From the NCBI GenBank assembly GCA_965153355.1, contig OZ231126.1, forward strand, positions 4,278,001 through 4,342,000: 64,000 bases of DNA. Direction: 5' to 3'. The notes beneath the pieces are model-generated. The model was not told the origin of the DNA, did no database searches, and saw nothing but the letters and a program-made list of their open reading frames with translations. Shown here piece after piece: positions 12,206 to 25,392 of this stretch (position 1 is the first letter of the stretch; the number at the start of each line of letters is the position of its first letter). The stretch comes from Flaccisagitta enflata (Eukaryota). Position numbers and translations under genes: made by a program.

Positions 12206-12877
12206 CGATAAGAATTTAAGCTACTTTTTAAAACGCACCAATCTGGTAGCCGTCGCTTAATTCATTTATGAGCAGCACTTTTCTTGAGTTGATGCGTATT
12301 TCCAGGTTCAAGCATTTTTCTTTTGTAACAATGATAGCTTAAACAGCATTCATTTAAAGGCAACCCGGTAACAGATATGGTACACGGTTTATTCTTATTA
12401 TTTATCCTTTGTTTTCTGCAAATAACTATGTATACATATTCTTTGTACATTATATCCTAAAATGAATTCCAGATTAGTTCAAAAGAAAGGGATTTAATTT
12501 CTTGCTCTTTTTCTCTTGAACATGCGCACATAAACACACACACACACGCACACACACAAACAAACAAACAAATAAACAAACAAACAAACACACACACACA
12601 CTTTTTTCACAATATAATACAATTAACTCAAAATCATAGAGATGAGAATTTAAGAAGATACGATAATCTTTAAGTTGAGTGATCGGTTACGTATTCAATT
12701 GTTGATGCTGTGCACATAGTTGTTGTGTTGTTGTTGATGTTGAGTTGTTGTTGTTGTTGTATGTTGTATGTTGTTATTTTTTGTTGTTGTTATTGTTGTT
12801 GTTCTTGGTATTGTTGTTGTCGATGTTGTTGTCAATATTAGTTGTTGATCTTATTGTTGTTGTTATTGTTTTGTTAT

Positions 12878-12910
<33 letters not shown>

Positions 12911-12937
12911 GTTTGTTGTTATTTACTGCCATTACCG

Positions 12938-13007
<70 letters not shown>

Positions 13008-13569
13008 AATTGCTGTTGATGCAAATTTTTTTCTTTTATCTTATTGCTGTTGACTTGTGTGAAATAAAGATCAGTTTCCCTACACGCAGTGTATCCTCTA
13101 GCATTCAAGGAAAATCCGGGGCTTCAATTGGGTTGAAGTTGACAATGACGGGGTGTTCCAAGTTGACAAGTGCCTGACCCAAATCAGAGCTGAAGGAGGT
13201 CGGTCCTGAGGTGTCGCCAACGTAGATTCGGACAAAGTGACGAAGCAAAAGCTCAATGATATGGAGGCAAATGAACCTTTTGAGAGCTCGGTTCCATCTC
13301 TTCTCCAACGTGGCAAAGACGCCAGTATATTTCCCGACATTCACGTTCCTTGAATCCCCTCCAACCATGATCACATCTTCTGTGTTCAAACCCGGCTTTT
13401 CTTTGATAAAACCATCAACTTCAACCCCGATGTTCTCCCCCTTGCCCCTGTCAACGGCAACTTCAACCCCGATGTTCTCCCCCTTGCCCCTGTCAACGGC
13501 GACTTCTCCGATGTAACTTTGGCGCCTCGCTTCGCAAATCACCATGTGCTCCTCAACAACAGTAGATGA

Positions 13570-14098
13570 ACAAGGCCAACACCTATAAGTCGCGTGCGGG
13601 ACATAGATAACTTAAGATGACTTCTATCAACTCAAGATGACTTAAAATGACTCAAGACAACTTTAAATGACTTAAAAAGACATAAAATGACTGAAATAAC
13701 TACAGTTGAACCCCGCTCTAACGGACCCGCCACCAACGGAATTCCGCCTATAACAGATGCAAATTCATGGTCCCTTCATGTTAAATTCTTTTATTTTCTT
13801 TGTTGGCAATAACAGAAGTCCGCCTATAATAGAAAAAAATTGTCGGTCCCCTGAAATCTGTTGAAGCGGGGTTCAACTGTACTTTGACCTATTTGACTTA
13901 AGTGACTAAGAATAACTTAGAATGACCTAGAATGACTAAGAATGACTTAGAATGACTAAGAATGACTTAGAATAACACTGGATGACTTAGAATGACTAAA
14001 AATAACTTAAAGTACAATAAATAGTAGTGTGACGGACAGACAGGCGGATGGACGGATGGACCGACGGACCAACAAAGTGGGTTGTAGAGTCGCGTAAA
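13570..14098 (-). mobile_element. HINE-like element (family A, long subfamily) with 10-bp aatgacttag repeats
   Basis: Ends aacaaggccaacacctataagtcgcgtg ... gtagagtcgcgtaaaaa; inserted in an A/T run without TSD. Confidence 0.75.
13703..13879. mobile_element. Tc1/mariner/pogo-type MITE nested in the HINE
   Basis: TIR CAGTTGAACCCCGCT / AGCGGGGTTCAACTG, TA TSD; related copy ~34929-35326. Confidence 0.85.
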
Positions 14099-14639
14099 AA
14101 GATCTTCCACCTCTTCGCCATGCAGAGTTTTGTATCGTTTCCCGTCGATGTAAATTGCATCTGTTGGTTCAGCTGGAGCTCCCGACAGCTGTTCAAGGCG
14201 AGGCTTCTTTGCGACATGCACCTTTGACTTGGTCACAATCAACTCTGGATGTTCGGCTAGGTTTATTCCATCAGCTTCATGCATTGCATTTGCCATCGCC
14301 GTCGTATCTCTCTCACTTGCGCCACTACTAGACATACAATCGATCAATGGACTGATATCGGTCATGTTTCTTTGCTTGGGTCTAGGAGCTTCGTTTTCGC
14401 GCGCTAATTCAGCTTCCAACTCTTCCTCACCGCCAGAATTCGCCTCGTCATTCTTTTCTTCCTCTTCTGAGTCACTGGCCCACGCTGTTGTGCAAATTGT
14501 TCCACTTGTCATAAGCATTTCAACAAAATCTATCCTTTATTTCAGATCTAGTTTTCTCTGACGCTCGGTCTTTTGCTCTGTTGTTCAGTCTGTCTGTCTG
14601 TTTATCTGACACTATCTGATTCTCTGTCTATCTGTCTGC

Positions 14640-14731
<92 letters not shown>

Positions 14732-14734
14732 GTT

Positions 14735-14765
<31 letters not shown>

Positions 14766-14776
14766 GTCTCTCTCTG

Positions 14777-14809
<33 letters not shown>

Positions 14810-15069
14810 TTCTGACACAGACGCAGACACAGACAAGACATTGTTGTGACTATAATAAACGCAAATAATCATATTATTGTGACGCTCTTCTTGATGGTTG
14901 AAAAAAGAACTGAAAGTGAAAATTGTTCAAAATCTTGTTACCAGACCCCTTGCAAGATTTCAATTCGGTAAACGTTGCTGTAGTCCTAGGGCATTTTGAA
15001 AGCACGCACCATGTTTATACACTAAGTATAACATTTCCTTCCAAGTGCTAAGAAGTCGGACATCTACAG

Positions 15070-15511
15070 TAGGTTGGACAAAAAACCACGATCTCGGAAA
15101 TCGGTCTTGCTTATATAAGTGATACGTTCAGGGACATGTACAAGGAAATTTTATCAAGTTTTAGGGTCACAGAGTAAGAAGAAATGTGGTCGTGTCACCC
15201 CCCCCCCCCTTCTTCCTCAGCTCACTTTTTTCTTGGTGTATTTTCTTTAGTTCAAATTGAGAAATTGGCAGCAAAACAGCCAAATTCACTTTTCAATGAC
15301 TTCCCCCTTGTAGAGCAGTAGCAGGGATGCAGGAACAAAGAATAAGAGGATCCCAAGGACATTTGGGCAGGGGCAGATTAGCCCAAAAGACTCGAAATAG
15401 CAAAAAGGTGCTTAGAATTGACTTTTTTGTTCTGTGGTTCTAAAGTGCAGGCATGCCTTTTTAAGTCCCGGACACGCAACTCTATACCATGCCCTGTCGG
15501 CAAGCGCACAC

Positions 15512-15557
<46 letters not shown>

Positions 15558-16358
15558 GCACACACACACACACACACACACAGACACGCACGCACACGCA
15601 CGCACGCACGCACGCACACACAAACACACACACACACAAATCACACAAATCACACAAAAATCTTCAAAGGTGCCCAAAAAAGTCATTTCAGAATAAAGTT
15701 GCATGAAGAATCCATTTTTTTGGGTTTCGAGGCCCTACGAGGGGCTCTTAGAAACGAAATCCCAACACTTGCTGACAGAACAAGAGAGACCTAACAGAAC
15801 AAGGCCGGATATACGGCTACAGAAGTCGCGTGCGGGTGGGCAGAGGCCATATTTGGGGTCACTAAACCATTTGGGCAGGAGCAGTGAGGTCAAAGAAAAA
15901 AAATCATAAAAAAAAGTAAAATGTGACTGATTGACGGACCAACCTACCGACCAACAGACCGACCAATAGATGGACAAAGCGGGTTGTAGAGTCGCGTGCA
16001 TGCGACTAAAAAAGAATATGGCTCATATTGAACATTTTTTATCCAGTTTTTTAGCTTTTTGGCCCTATTTGGGGCTGCCAGTGGTCTTATCTCCCATAAT
16101 TCCAACTCCTTATTCTTACCCTGGCACCCCTGTGTTTGTCCCACAAGGAGATGGCAGGAAAAAGTGTACAAGACCCTACTACTTAACTACTGTTAGAGGA
16201 AAGGGGGGGGGGGTTGGGTTGGGTTGGGTTGGGTTGGGTTGGGTTGGGTTTCACTCCATGGTCCTAGCACTTGATAGGAGCTCTTAGTAAGTGACCCTAA
16301 ACTCATCACTGATATAAGCTAGACAGATTTCCGAGATCGTGGATCTTCGTCCAACCTA
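15070..16358. mobile_element. Non-autonomous hAT-type element
   Basis: ~50-bp imperfect TIR TAGGTTGGAC..CCACGATCTCGGAAATC; exact 8-bp TSD ATCTACAG; contains a HINE copy at 15798-16013. Confidence 0.85.
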
Positions 16359-16890
16359 ATCTACAGGGCATAATAACCAACCTACTCCTCAGGTCCCTTT
16401 GTCGACTCCTTCGTCCTTGGGTCGTTCCGCTGTACGTCAATCCGTCACATAAACTTTGCGTTATATTCGAATCTGGCAGGCACTTTCTCGAGCTGCGCAC
16501 ATATTGGATTGTCCCCTTGTTCTGTGGAAATGTCATTTTTAATTTTATTGACAAATGACTATCATTGAGATCATCGGTCTGTCTAATGGTCGGTCGGGAG
16601 CCGCCCAGCGGCGAATGACCAAATTTCGAGTCAAACCAGAAAGAATTGGCTGTCGTTCCTTATTCATTGCTTCATATTCATTTTCTTCATACATTATTTG
16701 TTCATTGCCATTTTTAATCCGTCCGTCGGTCACAAATTATTTTTGAGGTATTGTCATGCTGGCGTATCCCAAAATCAATTTTAAGGTCCAGTAAACTGTT
16801 TAAAGTGGGTTTTGTTCATTTTCTCATGTTCGATTCACGATGTTCGATGCAAGCGACGTTGTGCTAATGAACTTGTTCCTTTCCCTTTAG

Positions 16891-18439
16891 CTCCCCACCT
16901 ACTCGCTCCCGGAGAACCAGTCGGCGGTGTACTCGGGTCGAGGTGGATCGTGCATCGTTTCAGCTTCCTTCTTAGAAGACTTCCTTCGTTCCATCGGGTT
17001 TCGTGCTCATCTTATCGGCGGTAGTCGCCTCTTGATTCCACTTTTGATTTCGAGCCATATCTACGCACTGTACTACGGTGCCCCTGCCTCTAGTTTCCAC
17101 GTTTGATTTGGAGACATATCTGCGCACTATACAACGGTGCCCCTGATTCGTGTTACAAACATAACATAATAGATGATTATGACTTAATGATTTTTTAGTC
17201 GCGTGCTACGCGACTCTTCACCCCGCTTTGTCGGTCCGTCCGTCCGTCCGTCCGTCCGTCCGTCACACTTTACTTTTTTGGGTTTTTGGGGTTTTTGGCA
17301 TCACTGCTCCTGCCCAAATGCTCTGGTAACCTCAATTACGGCTCCTGCTCACCCGCACGCGACTGGGGTAGCCGTGTATGCGGCCTTGTTTTGGTTCCTG
17401 GTCAATCCACAGTCCAGTCCCCGACAGTGATGATGTAATCAGGAGTGGTTATTGCCCCTCTTTACCTGTACGAACCAATGCGACTCGATCAGCCGTTTCT
17501 TTCTCGAAGGTTTCAACGTGGCACGGTCGGCGGAGGCCAGACACTCTCCCCATCAGACGGTACTCGTTAACGACGTCGAAAAGGAAGGAGACACGTTTCA
17601 TATGGACATAAGCACCGCGACGCCATTCACCTTTATGAATGTTTGCAATATCACAGACTTATTTCGCCATGAACACAACAAGTCTACCACCGGAAAAAAA
17701 CACCATAGAAGAAGTCACCGAGGTTAATCCTCCTCTGATAATTGACGCTCCAATAGTTCATGACTTCCAGTGTCGATACAAGCTGCTCAATGGCCAACAG
17801 CTTCTCTCTGTCATGAGAAACAACATCAACAACGACATTAACAACAACAACGACAACGACAACGACAACAACATTCATGTCGAAGACAACGTCGACCTCA
17901 GGAAACTGGCCTCTAGATTCGACCCTCAATTCCCCGCAACCCTGCTCGGAGATTCCGGCCCCCAGCCACTGATGATGTTGTACTGTAAAGACGACTTTAT
18001 GAGCCTCTCCATGCCACATCTAAGCAAAGTGCCAAACGGGACTTGGCTTCCATGCCACGTCTACCCGTCGCCATTCACCCGACTCGACTTTGAAGCCTGG
18101 CGGAAAACGCTGCAAGACGACAAGGCGCCGTTAACCGTTCGCATCAAAAGCGTGCTTGGGCGAACAATATACATTTCTGGTTTCGGTTCTCAATCTGGAG
18201 ACTTGTTGGAAATTGGCGGATACGATTGCGCACGAACAAAGATTGTGAAAAGACCGACGACGGCGTCTCAGCATTCGCCGGGGGAAGATTCGAAAGGCCC
18301 GAAGACGATCGTGGAAAATGACTCGAAGAAGTTTCGAACGGAATTCCGTCATTTGCATAGCAACGAGGAAGTGCTAGCTCTGGTGGCGGAGGAATTCCCG
18401 GCGTTGTTGGAGAGTTGCAGAGACGCGCTGTCGGGGTGA
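16891..18439 (+). CDS. Arylamine N-acetyltransferase-like gene (exons 16891-17020 and 17510-18439; frameshift near 17694-17700; 5' exon not located)
   Basis: Spliced reading SGRGGSCIVSASFLEDFLRSIGF..LIG|GFN...SPHQTVLVNDVEKEGDTFHMDISTATPF gives the NAT Cys-His-Asp triad; acceptor ttccctttag, phase-1 GT/AG match; C-terminus HLHSNEEVLALVAEEFPAL. Confidence 0.65.
17191..17390 (+). mobile_element. HINE-like element (family A) in the NAT-like intron
   Basis: ttttttagtcgcgtgctacgcgact...(ccgt)n...cacgcgactggggtagccgtgtatgcggccttgtt. Confidence 0.8.
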
Positions 18440-18680
18440 AAGATGCTACCATGGCAAAGAACTTGGAACCGGGCTTGAATCATTAATGAACTTTGAGTTA
18501 GAAACGGGTTGGGGCTCAACTCAGGGAGAGATTTCCTGGTGAATATCAGAATCCAGATGGCATTTCACTAGTAGGGAAAGGTTGTCTGCATGAATTGATG
18601 ACATTCCAACGATACTTATTCATATCATTGCGATATAGACTATTTTTACGGCTACTTCCACACACCCACACACACTTACA

Positions 18681-18780
<100 letters not shown>

Positions 18781-18965
18781 ATTACAATCACATACAAGAA
18801 CCCACGCTACTGCTCGTACGTGCTTACTGAACTGCTGGAATATCTCGTGTTTTTTCTCATCCATTTAGTGGGAAATTCGTCTGACGTTTTAGCGATATAA
18901 GTTACAATAAAACGAAAGAAAACTCGACGCGAAATTTCGCCTTTTTCTGACGCCATTGAAGCGAG

Positions 18966-19050
<85 letters not shown>

Positions 19051-19204
19051 CAGAGAGAGACGGACAGACAGACAGAGAGACAGCTAGACAGACAGAGAGA
19101 CAGCTAGACAGTCAGAGAGAAGTAGCATTGAGCACTAAGAAATAGTGTAGCTAGAGAATGACACATTGTTCACATCTTGCAGTAATAATTCGAGTAGCTT
19201 TAGG

Positions 19205-19308
19205 CTGTAATGCATAAAACCCAGCCAACCCTTCGCCCTAATACTAACCCTGTCCCTAACCCTAACCCTAAAGCCATCCCCAACCTCAACCCTAACCCGC
19301 TTAAGAAG
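19205..19308 (+). repeat. Dispersed repeat with CCCTAA telomere-like units
   Basis: ataaaacccagc...ccctaaccctaaccctaa...cccgctta; inverted related copy at 25445-25575. Confidence 0.6.
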
Positions 19309-19325
19309 TCTTTAAAACAAAAGAC

Positions 19326-19394
<69 letters not shown>

Positions 19395-19397
19395 GCA

Positions 19398-19429
<32 letters not shown>

Positions 19430-20529
19430 CACACAATTTGAGGAGAATCACTAGCAGAGTACCGTGAAAAACAAACGAGGAATAGGAGGACAAAACAGGG
19501 GGAGCTTGGAACACGACAAAGAGGATGATGAGGAAGAAGGAGAAAGGGAGGCTGAGATGTAAAGATTGAGAAATTGAGAATACTGTAAAATAACGTTCAA
19601 ACGAACGCACTTGCAAAAACATTTCGCCTGTAAAGAAAAAAAAAAAACAACACGTCCCTTCAAATGATATCTTTCATTTTAGGCTCATCTCGGCGAGAAG
19701 ATCGTATTTTTTGTTTGGGTTTACATTTCCACTTTTTTTCTCTCTAATAGAATCAAGTGAATGTAATTAACTTTGACAGCAAAATGTAGGGTCTGCATAT
19801 GCCAATGATCAGTTCACATGCATTGATCGAGGAAAATGTGGATTCTGTGGTTGTCAGATACCTGAAAAATGTTCAAAGTTACTTAATTCATCAAAAGATG
19901 CTTTCGTAAAGACTCCGTCATTTGATATGTCAGTCTACCTGTGAGCACGACATTCGGAGGTGAAATAAAAGACAAGCTTACCAACAGCTTTTCCCGAAAC
20001 ATAGCACTTTGCCATTGATTACGAGTTATGTTTTGTAATGAGAAAACATGCAGCCATACCATCTTGGCCATAAATATACGGACAGCTTGAAAGTGTCATA
20101 GCTCGCTCAATTTTAGTTGCTGTGGGATGATTTTTTTTTCGCATCTTCGAAAATCTATCAAATGAGACCAAGCTGGTTCCTGTATCTTCATTCGTTTAGA
20201 AATGAGAGCAGAACAAAGAAAACTTTTGCTTTTTGCAAAATTGGTGGGGCGATTTTTTTCTAGCCTCTTGAAGATAGCACACTGGTGCTTCGCATCAATA
20301 TGCAAAGAAATGGCATAAAGATGGATGAGTTCAGCTCTTCCCAGGTTAGTGCGCCGCCACATGCACAAGTTGAGCTAGCTGCATTATTTCCAGTCGCAAA
20401 AAAAAAATTGAGCGACGAGGCTAAAAAAGACTCAATCTTGTGTAAAAAAACCTGGGGAATCAACATTGACATTTTAAAGCCCTACGCAGGAGCGTTTCCA
20501 GAGCAACTGAAAACACCCAAAAATGGCTA

Positions 20530-21470
20530 TTTTGGGTATTTTTAATAAAATTTGGTACTTAAATGGAGGCCAAGTGTTTAATTTCATAGTTGGGGACACT
20601 TCAAGATGTAAGAGACTAGTAAAACAAGAATCATGATGATGGGGCTATTGTGGGGTACCTAAAAAGGCCCAAAAAGGGCCCCTAAAGCGAAAAATAAAGT
20701 TTTTTTTCATTGAGGTAAAAAATTATTGGAATGCCTTCAAATTTGAAATGGAAGTTCATTATAAATGCAACTACCATCATGCAATTCAAAACAGCTCCTT
20801 AAATGACTTCATAGGAAAATTTAGCCTAAAAAACCAAAAATCGCTCCAAAAAAATCAGTTTTTTTAGTTCATTGACCTAAAAACAATATTTTCAGGTCAG
20901 GGTACCCCAAATTTTTTTTCTATTTTGCTAATATAAAATGTTTGGAGGTTCCAAGAAAATTTCAGGCCATATTTCCAAAAATGGCTGAGATATGACTTTT
21001 TAGCGACGTGGTAAAAATGGAAAACATCAAAATGGTCATTTTTTGTGATTTTTTTAAACAATTGGGTACAAAAAGGGGTCCCGTTTATTTTAATTCATAA
21101 TTGGGGACACTACAAGATGTAAGAGATTATAAAAACAGGAATCATGATGATGGGGCTATTGTGGGGTACCTAAAAAGGCCCAAAAAGGGCCCATAAAGCG
21201 AAAAATATGTAGTTTTTTTTAAATTGTGACTACAAAAATGAAAGGAATGCCTTCCAATTAGAAATGAAAGTTCCTTATAAATGCAACTACCATCATGTAA
21301 AAATTTGTGGCCCCCCTTAAATGGCTTCATAGGAAAATTTGGCCACAAAAACCAAAAATCGCTCCAAAAAATCAGTTTTTTTAGTTCATTGACCTAAAAA
21401 CAATATTTTAAGGTCAGGGTACCCCAATTTTTTTTTCTATTTTGCTATTATAAGATGTTTGGAGGTTCAA
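20530..21470. repeat. ~510-bp tandem duplication, probably inside a non-autonomous DNA transposon
   Basis: ggggacact..caagatgtaagaga...gatggggctattgtggggtacctaaaaaggccc at ~20590 and ~21100. Confidence 0.8.
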
Positions 21471-21479
21471 AAAAAAATT

Positions 21480-21917
21480 GATGACGTCATTGTCAATCAC
21501 GTGATCTTTGATAGACCTGGATTATGGGGTTTCAATCTGAAGAAAAAGGTTCAAGATGAAAGAGACTCCAAAAGAAAGGAAGTTCCCACACTGTCTGAGG
21601 ATGTCATTCAGGATGCCACCTCTATACCCTGCCCAGGCACACAATGGTCTGGATTTCTTGCCAATCGAGAAAACAAAAACAAGCTTATTCAGTTCATTGG
21701 GCAAAAAATCTTTGCCCTCAAAGATAAATTGTCGGAGGGAGAGGCAATCATCCTTGGAGGATATGGACCTACCAATACCACATGCACGTTGGAAAGGGGA
21801 AGCATGACTGAAATTCATCAACTTGCTTGTAATCATGAGGAGGCTGATACCCAAGTGGTTGCACACGCAAAGTATACATCTTTCTCCAATATCCGCATAG
21901 TTGCAGCAGATACTGAT
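21480..21917 (+). pseudogene. Academ-type transposase fragment (XPG/PIN-like nuclease domain)
   Basis: HVIFDR, WSGFLANRENKNKLIQF, CNHEEADTQVVAHA, IVAADTD motifs; ends at the foldback insertion. Confidence 0.7.
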
Positions 21918-23936
21918 TAGGACAGGGGTTCTGACACAAATTTTGGCAGATCCTTCTTGTTAACGGCACTTTGGCTCAAAATCAATGTAGTATTAATGTT
22001 CTGCCTTTAAAAGTTGCATTGGGTATCAGGAAATTGTGACCGCCACCCCCACCCCCTCAAAGTCAGTGACCTCTAAACCAACTCAGAAGAAGGTGGTGTC
22101 TCTAAATTTTAAAATGGATCATTCAAAAAGCCTGCGATGGTCTCATTTGAAAGGTATTTACGTGGAGAACATGAAAGATTACTGATATGAAAGAGGGGCC
22201 CCTTTGAGGGCCCCTAAAGTGACAAGGCCCCAAAGCATCTAATACATGAAAATGTGCAATGATTTGTTAAAAACTAGTGACGGGTGTTATTTAAAACATT
22301 TCTACCCAGAGAATATGGAAAATTACTGACATGGAAGAGGGGGCTCCAAAGGGGCCCCTAAAGAACCCCAAAGAGGTTAAAGGGGCCCTTGAGGGATCTA
22401 TAATCATGAAAATGTAGATTGGACTCTTTGATAAATCTGATTGTGGTGTTTTTGGAAGGTATCTACATGGAGAACATGAAATGGTATTGACATGGATGAT
22501 GGGGTCCATAGGTGGCCGCTTAGGGCCTCCAAAGGGATTGAAGAGGACCCCAAAGGATCTAAAGTTTTGAAAATTTAAAATGAATTGTTCAAAAAATCTG
22601 GAAGTGGTCTCATTTAGAAGGTATTTATATAAAAAACATAAAACGTTATTGATTAGGAAAAATTTGGTTTCCAGGGGGCCCCTAAGGAGCCCCTAAGGAG
22701 CCGCTAAGGAGTAAAAGAGGGCCCCAATGAATCGAAAATCATGAATCATAGATTTCTCTAAAAGACAGACCAAAATAAACAAACAGATAGGTATACAGAC
22801 AGACAGACACACAAAAAGACAGACACACAAAAAGACAGACAGGCAAATGTGTCAAGATTTTCCCTTAATCTTGACACATAGGAGTTGACATCCATAACTG
22901 ATTGCACATAGGAGTTGACATCCATAACTGATTGCCCAGCTAAACTCAACTGAACTCTACACTCTGCACTCTCACTCTTTTGGTTTATCCGCCGATTTGT
23001 CTGTCTGTCTTTTTGTCCGTCTCTCTGTCTGTATACCTATCTGCTTGTTTATTTTGGTCTGTCTTTTAGAGAAAACTATGACAATTCAAGATTTTCATGA
23101 TTTTGGATTCATTGGGGCCCTCTTTTACTCCTTAGCGGCTCCTTAGGGGCCCCCTGGGAACCAAATTTTCCATATCAGTAACATTTTATGTTTTTTATGT
23201 AAATACCTTCCAAATGAGACCGCTACCAGATTTTTTGAACAATTCCTTTTAAATTTTCAAGTATTTAGATCCTTTGGGGTCCTCTTCAATCCCTTTTGGG
23301 GCCCTAAGCGGCCACCTAGGGACCCCATCATCCATGTCAATAACAATGTTCTCCATGTAGATACCTTCCAAAAACACCACGATCAGATTTATCAAAACGT
23401 CCAATCTACATTTTCATGGTTATATATCCTTCAAGGGCCCCTTTAACCTCTTTGGGGTTCTTTAGGGGCCCCTTTGGAGCCCCCTCTTTCATATCAGTAA
23501 TTTTTCATATTCTATGGGTAGAAACATTTTAAATGACACCATTACCTAGTTTTTTTTAACAAATCATTGCACATTATCATGTATTGGATGCTTCAGGGGC
23601 CCCTTCAATCACTTTAGGGGCCCCTTAAGGGCCCCTCTTGGGACCCCTCTTTCATATCAGTAATCTTTCATGTTTTCCACGTAAATACCTTTCAAATGAG
23701 ACCATCACCAGGCTTTTTGAATGATCCATTTAGAATTTATTAGCAAAAGAAGGCGAATTGCTTAATCTTTAGAGGTCACCACCTTCTGAGGGGGGTGGGG
23801 GGGGGGGGTGGCGGTCACAATTTCCTGATACCCAATGCGGCTTTTGAAGGCAGAACATTAATACTACATTGATTTTGAGCCAAAGTGCCGTTAACAAGAA
23901 GGATCTGCCAAAATCTGTGTCAGAACCCCTGTCCTA
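21918..23936. mobile_element. Foldback element with ~900-bp inverted arms
   Basis: TAGGACAGGGGTTCTGACACA... / ...TGTGTCAGAACCCCTGTCCTA; short spacer containing a 30-bp tandem duplication. Confidence 0.9.
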
Positions 23937-23974
23937 ATATCTATGGTTGAAGTTGATTCCATAATTATTTCCTA

Positions 23975-24250
23975 GGTAGTACAGTAAGATGGACAAATGA
24001 ACCCAAATTGACTATAGTAGGAAGAAATGAATCGAAATTGACTACAGTAGGATGGACAAACAAATTCAAATTGACTACAGTAAGATGGACAAATGAACCC
24101 AAATTGACTATAGTAGGAATAGATGAATCAAAATTGACTACAGTAGGATGGACAACGAATCTAAATTGTCTGCAGTAGGATGAATAAACGAATACAAATT
24201 GACTACAGTAGTATGGACAGATGAATGCAAATTGACAACATAAATACAGA
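23975..24250. repeat. ~28-31-bp minisatellite
   Basis: aaattgactacagtaggatggacaaa units, ~9 copies. Confidence 0.85.
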
Positions 24251-24306
24251 CAGACGAATCCCAATCCATTATCCGACAGCGACAAAAAATCTTGAAACGG
24301 AAACTC

Positions 24307-24464
24307 TTTTTAGATGCGTCCACGCATCTCTATAAGAGGCTTTGTCCGTCCGTTGGTCGGTTGGTCGGCTGGTTTGTCCGTCACGCTCGAGTTGAAAACG
24401 ATCGCAAAAGATCGCAAAGTCGATTTCATCATTTTAGGTTCTGACATTGGGCTGATGCAATGTT

Positions 24465-24539
<75 letters not shown>

Positions 24540-24594
24540 CATTTACAAGCTAAGCCGCATGTGGACGCATCGTTGTACCCCCGGGGTACTTGTT
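24307..24594 (+). mobile_element. HINE-like element with different termini
   Basis: ttttagatgcgtccacgcatct hairpin, GTCC/GTCG tract, subterminal ggacgcatc, 3' stem-loop gtacccccggggtac + ttgtt. Confidence 0.7.
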
Positions 24595-25193
24595 TTTACA
24601 TCCACTTGTCACGTTGCGTCTACGTGGCCACATGATTGAATGAGCAGTCCTTCGGTCAGTCGGTCTGACTCTCGATTGCTCATTCATAAGATTCAGTTGC
24701 CAGCGGTATCGGAATTTTTGTCCGACTCGTTCCTTGCACAACAGCACGCAACTAATACAAGGCCGGATACACGGCTACCCCAGTCGCGTGAGGGTGGGCT
24801 GGGGCAGTGGAGAAAGTCACCCAGGCATTTGGGCGGGAGCGGTGAGCTCAAAAAGCTAAAAAACGCCGAAAAAGTAAAAAGGGAACCGACCGACCAACCG
24901 ATCGACCAACCGACGGACAAAAGTTTTTTTTTTTTTTTTTTGTTCTTTTTTTTTACAACGTTTTCGAGAAGTGGTTTTTCCCCCTGACAATGTAACTAGG
25001 GAAGACTGATCAGATACTATTTGTTTAAATATCAATGCGGGTAAAGGATAAAGACCATTACATCATATTGTTAAACGGATAAACGCAAGCTCTTTCAAGC
25101 ATTTTCTTCCTAATGCAACAGCTTAGATATGATATCAAACGATCATCAACATCGTCACGTCATCATCATCGATTTTATCATTATCATCGATGA

Positions 25194-25244
<51 letters not shown>

Positions 25245-25255
25245 TATCATCATCG

Positions 25256-25309
<54 letters not shown>

Positions 25310-25359
25310 GCATTATCATCATTGTCATCCCCATCAATTTCATCATAATCATCGATTAT

Positions 25360-25392
<33 letters not shown>

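Larger units (their letters stand above)
13105..14518 (-). pseudogene. hAT-superfamily-like DDE transposase fragment interrupted by an insertion
   Basis: Motifs AIYIDGK..KTL, VVEEHM..YIGE, VGGDSRNVNVG, ICLHIIELLLRH, GDTSGPTSFS; removing 13570-14098 restores the frame EVEDLSSTVVEEHM; 42-bp in-frame duplication at 13416-13500. Confidence 0.7.

Noticed and set aside
19780-20090. Possible further degraded transposase sequence upstream of the Academ fragment
   Set aside because: Multiple stops and no convincing motif
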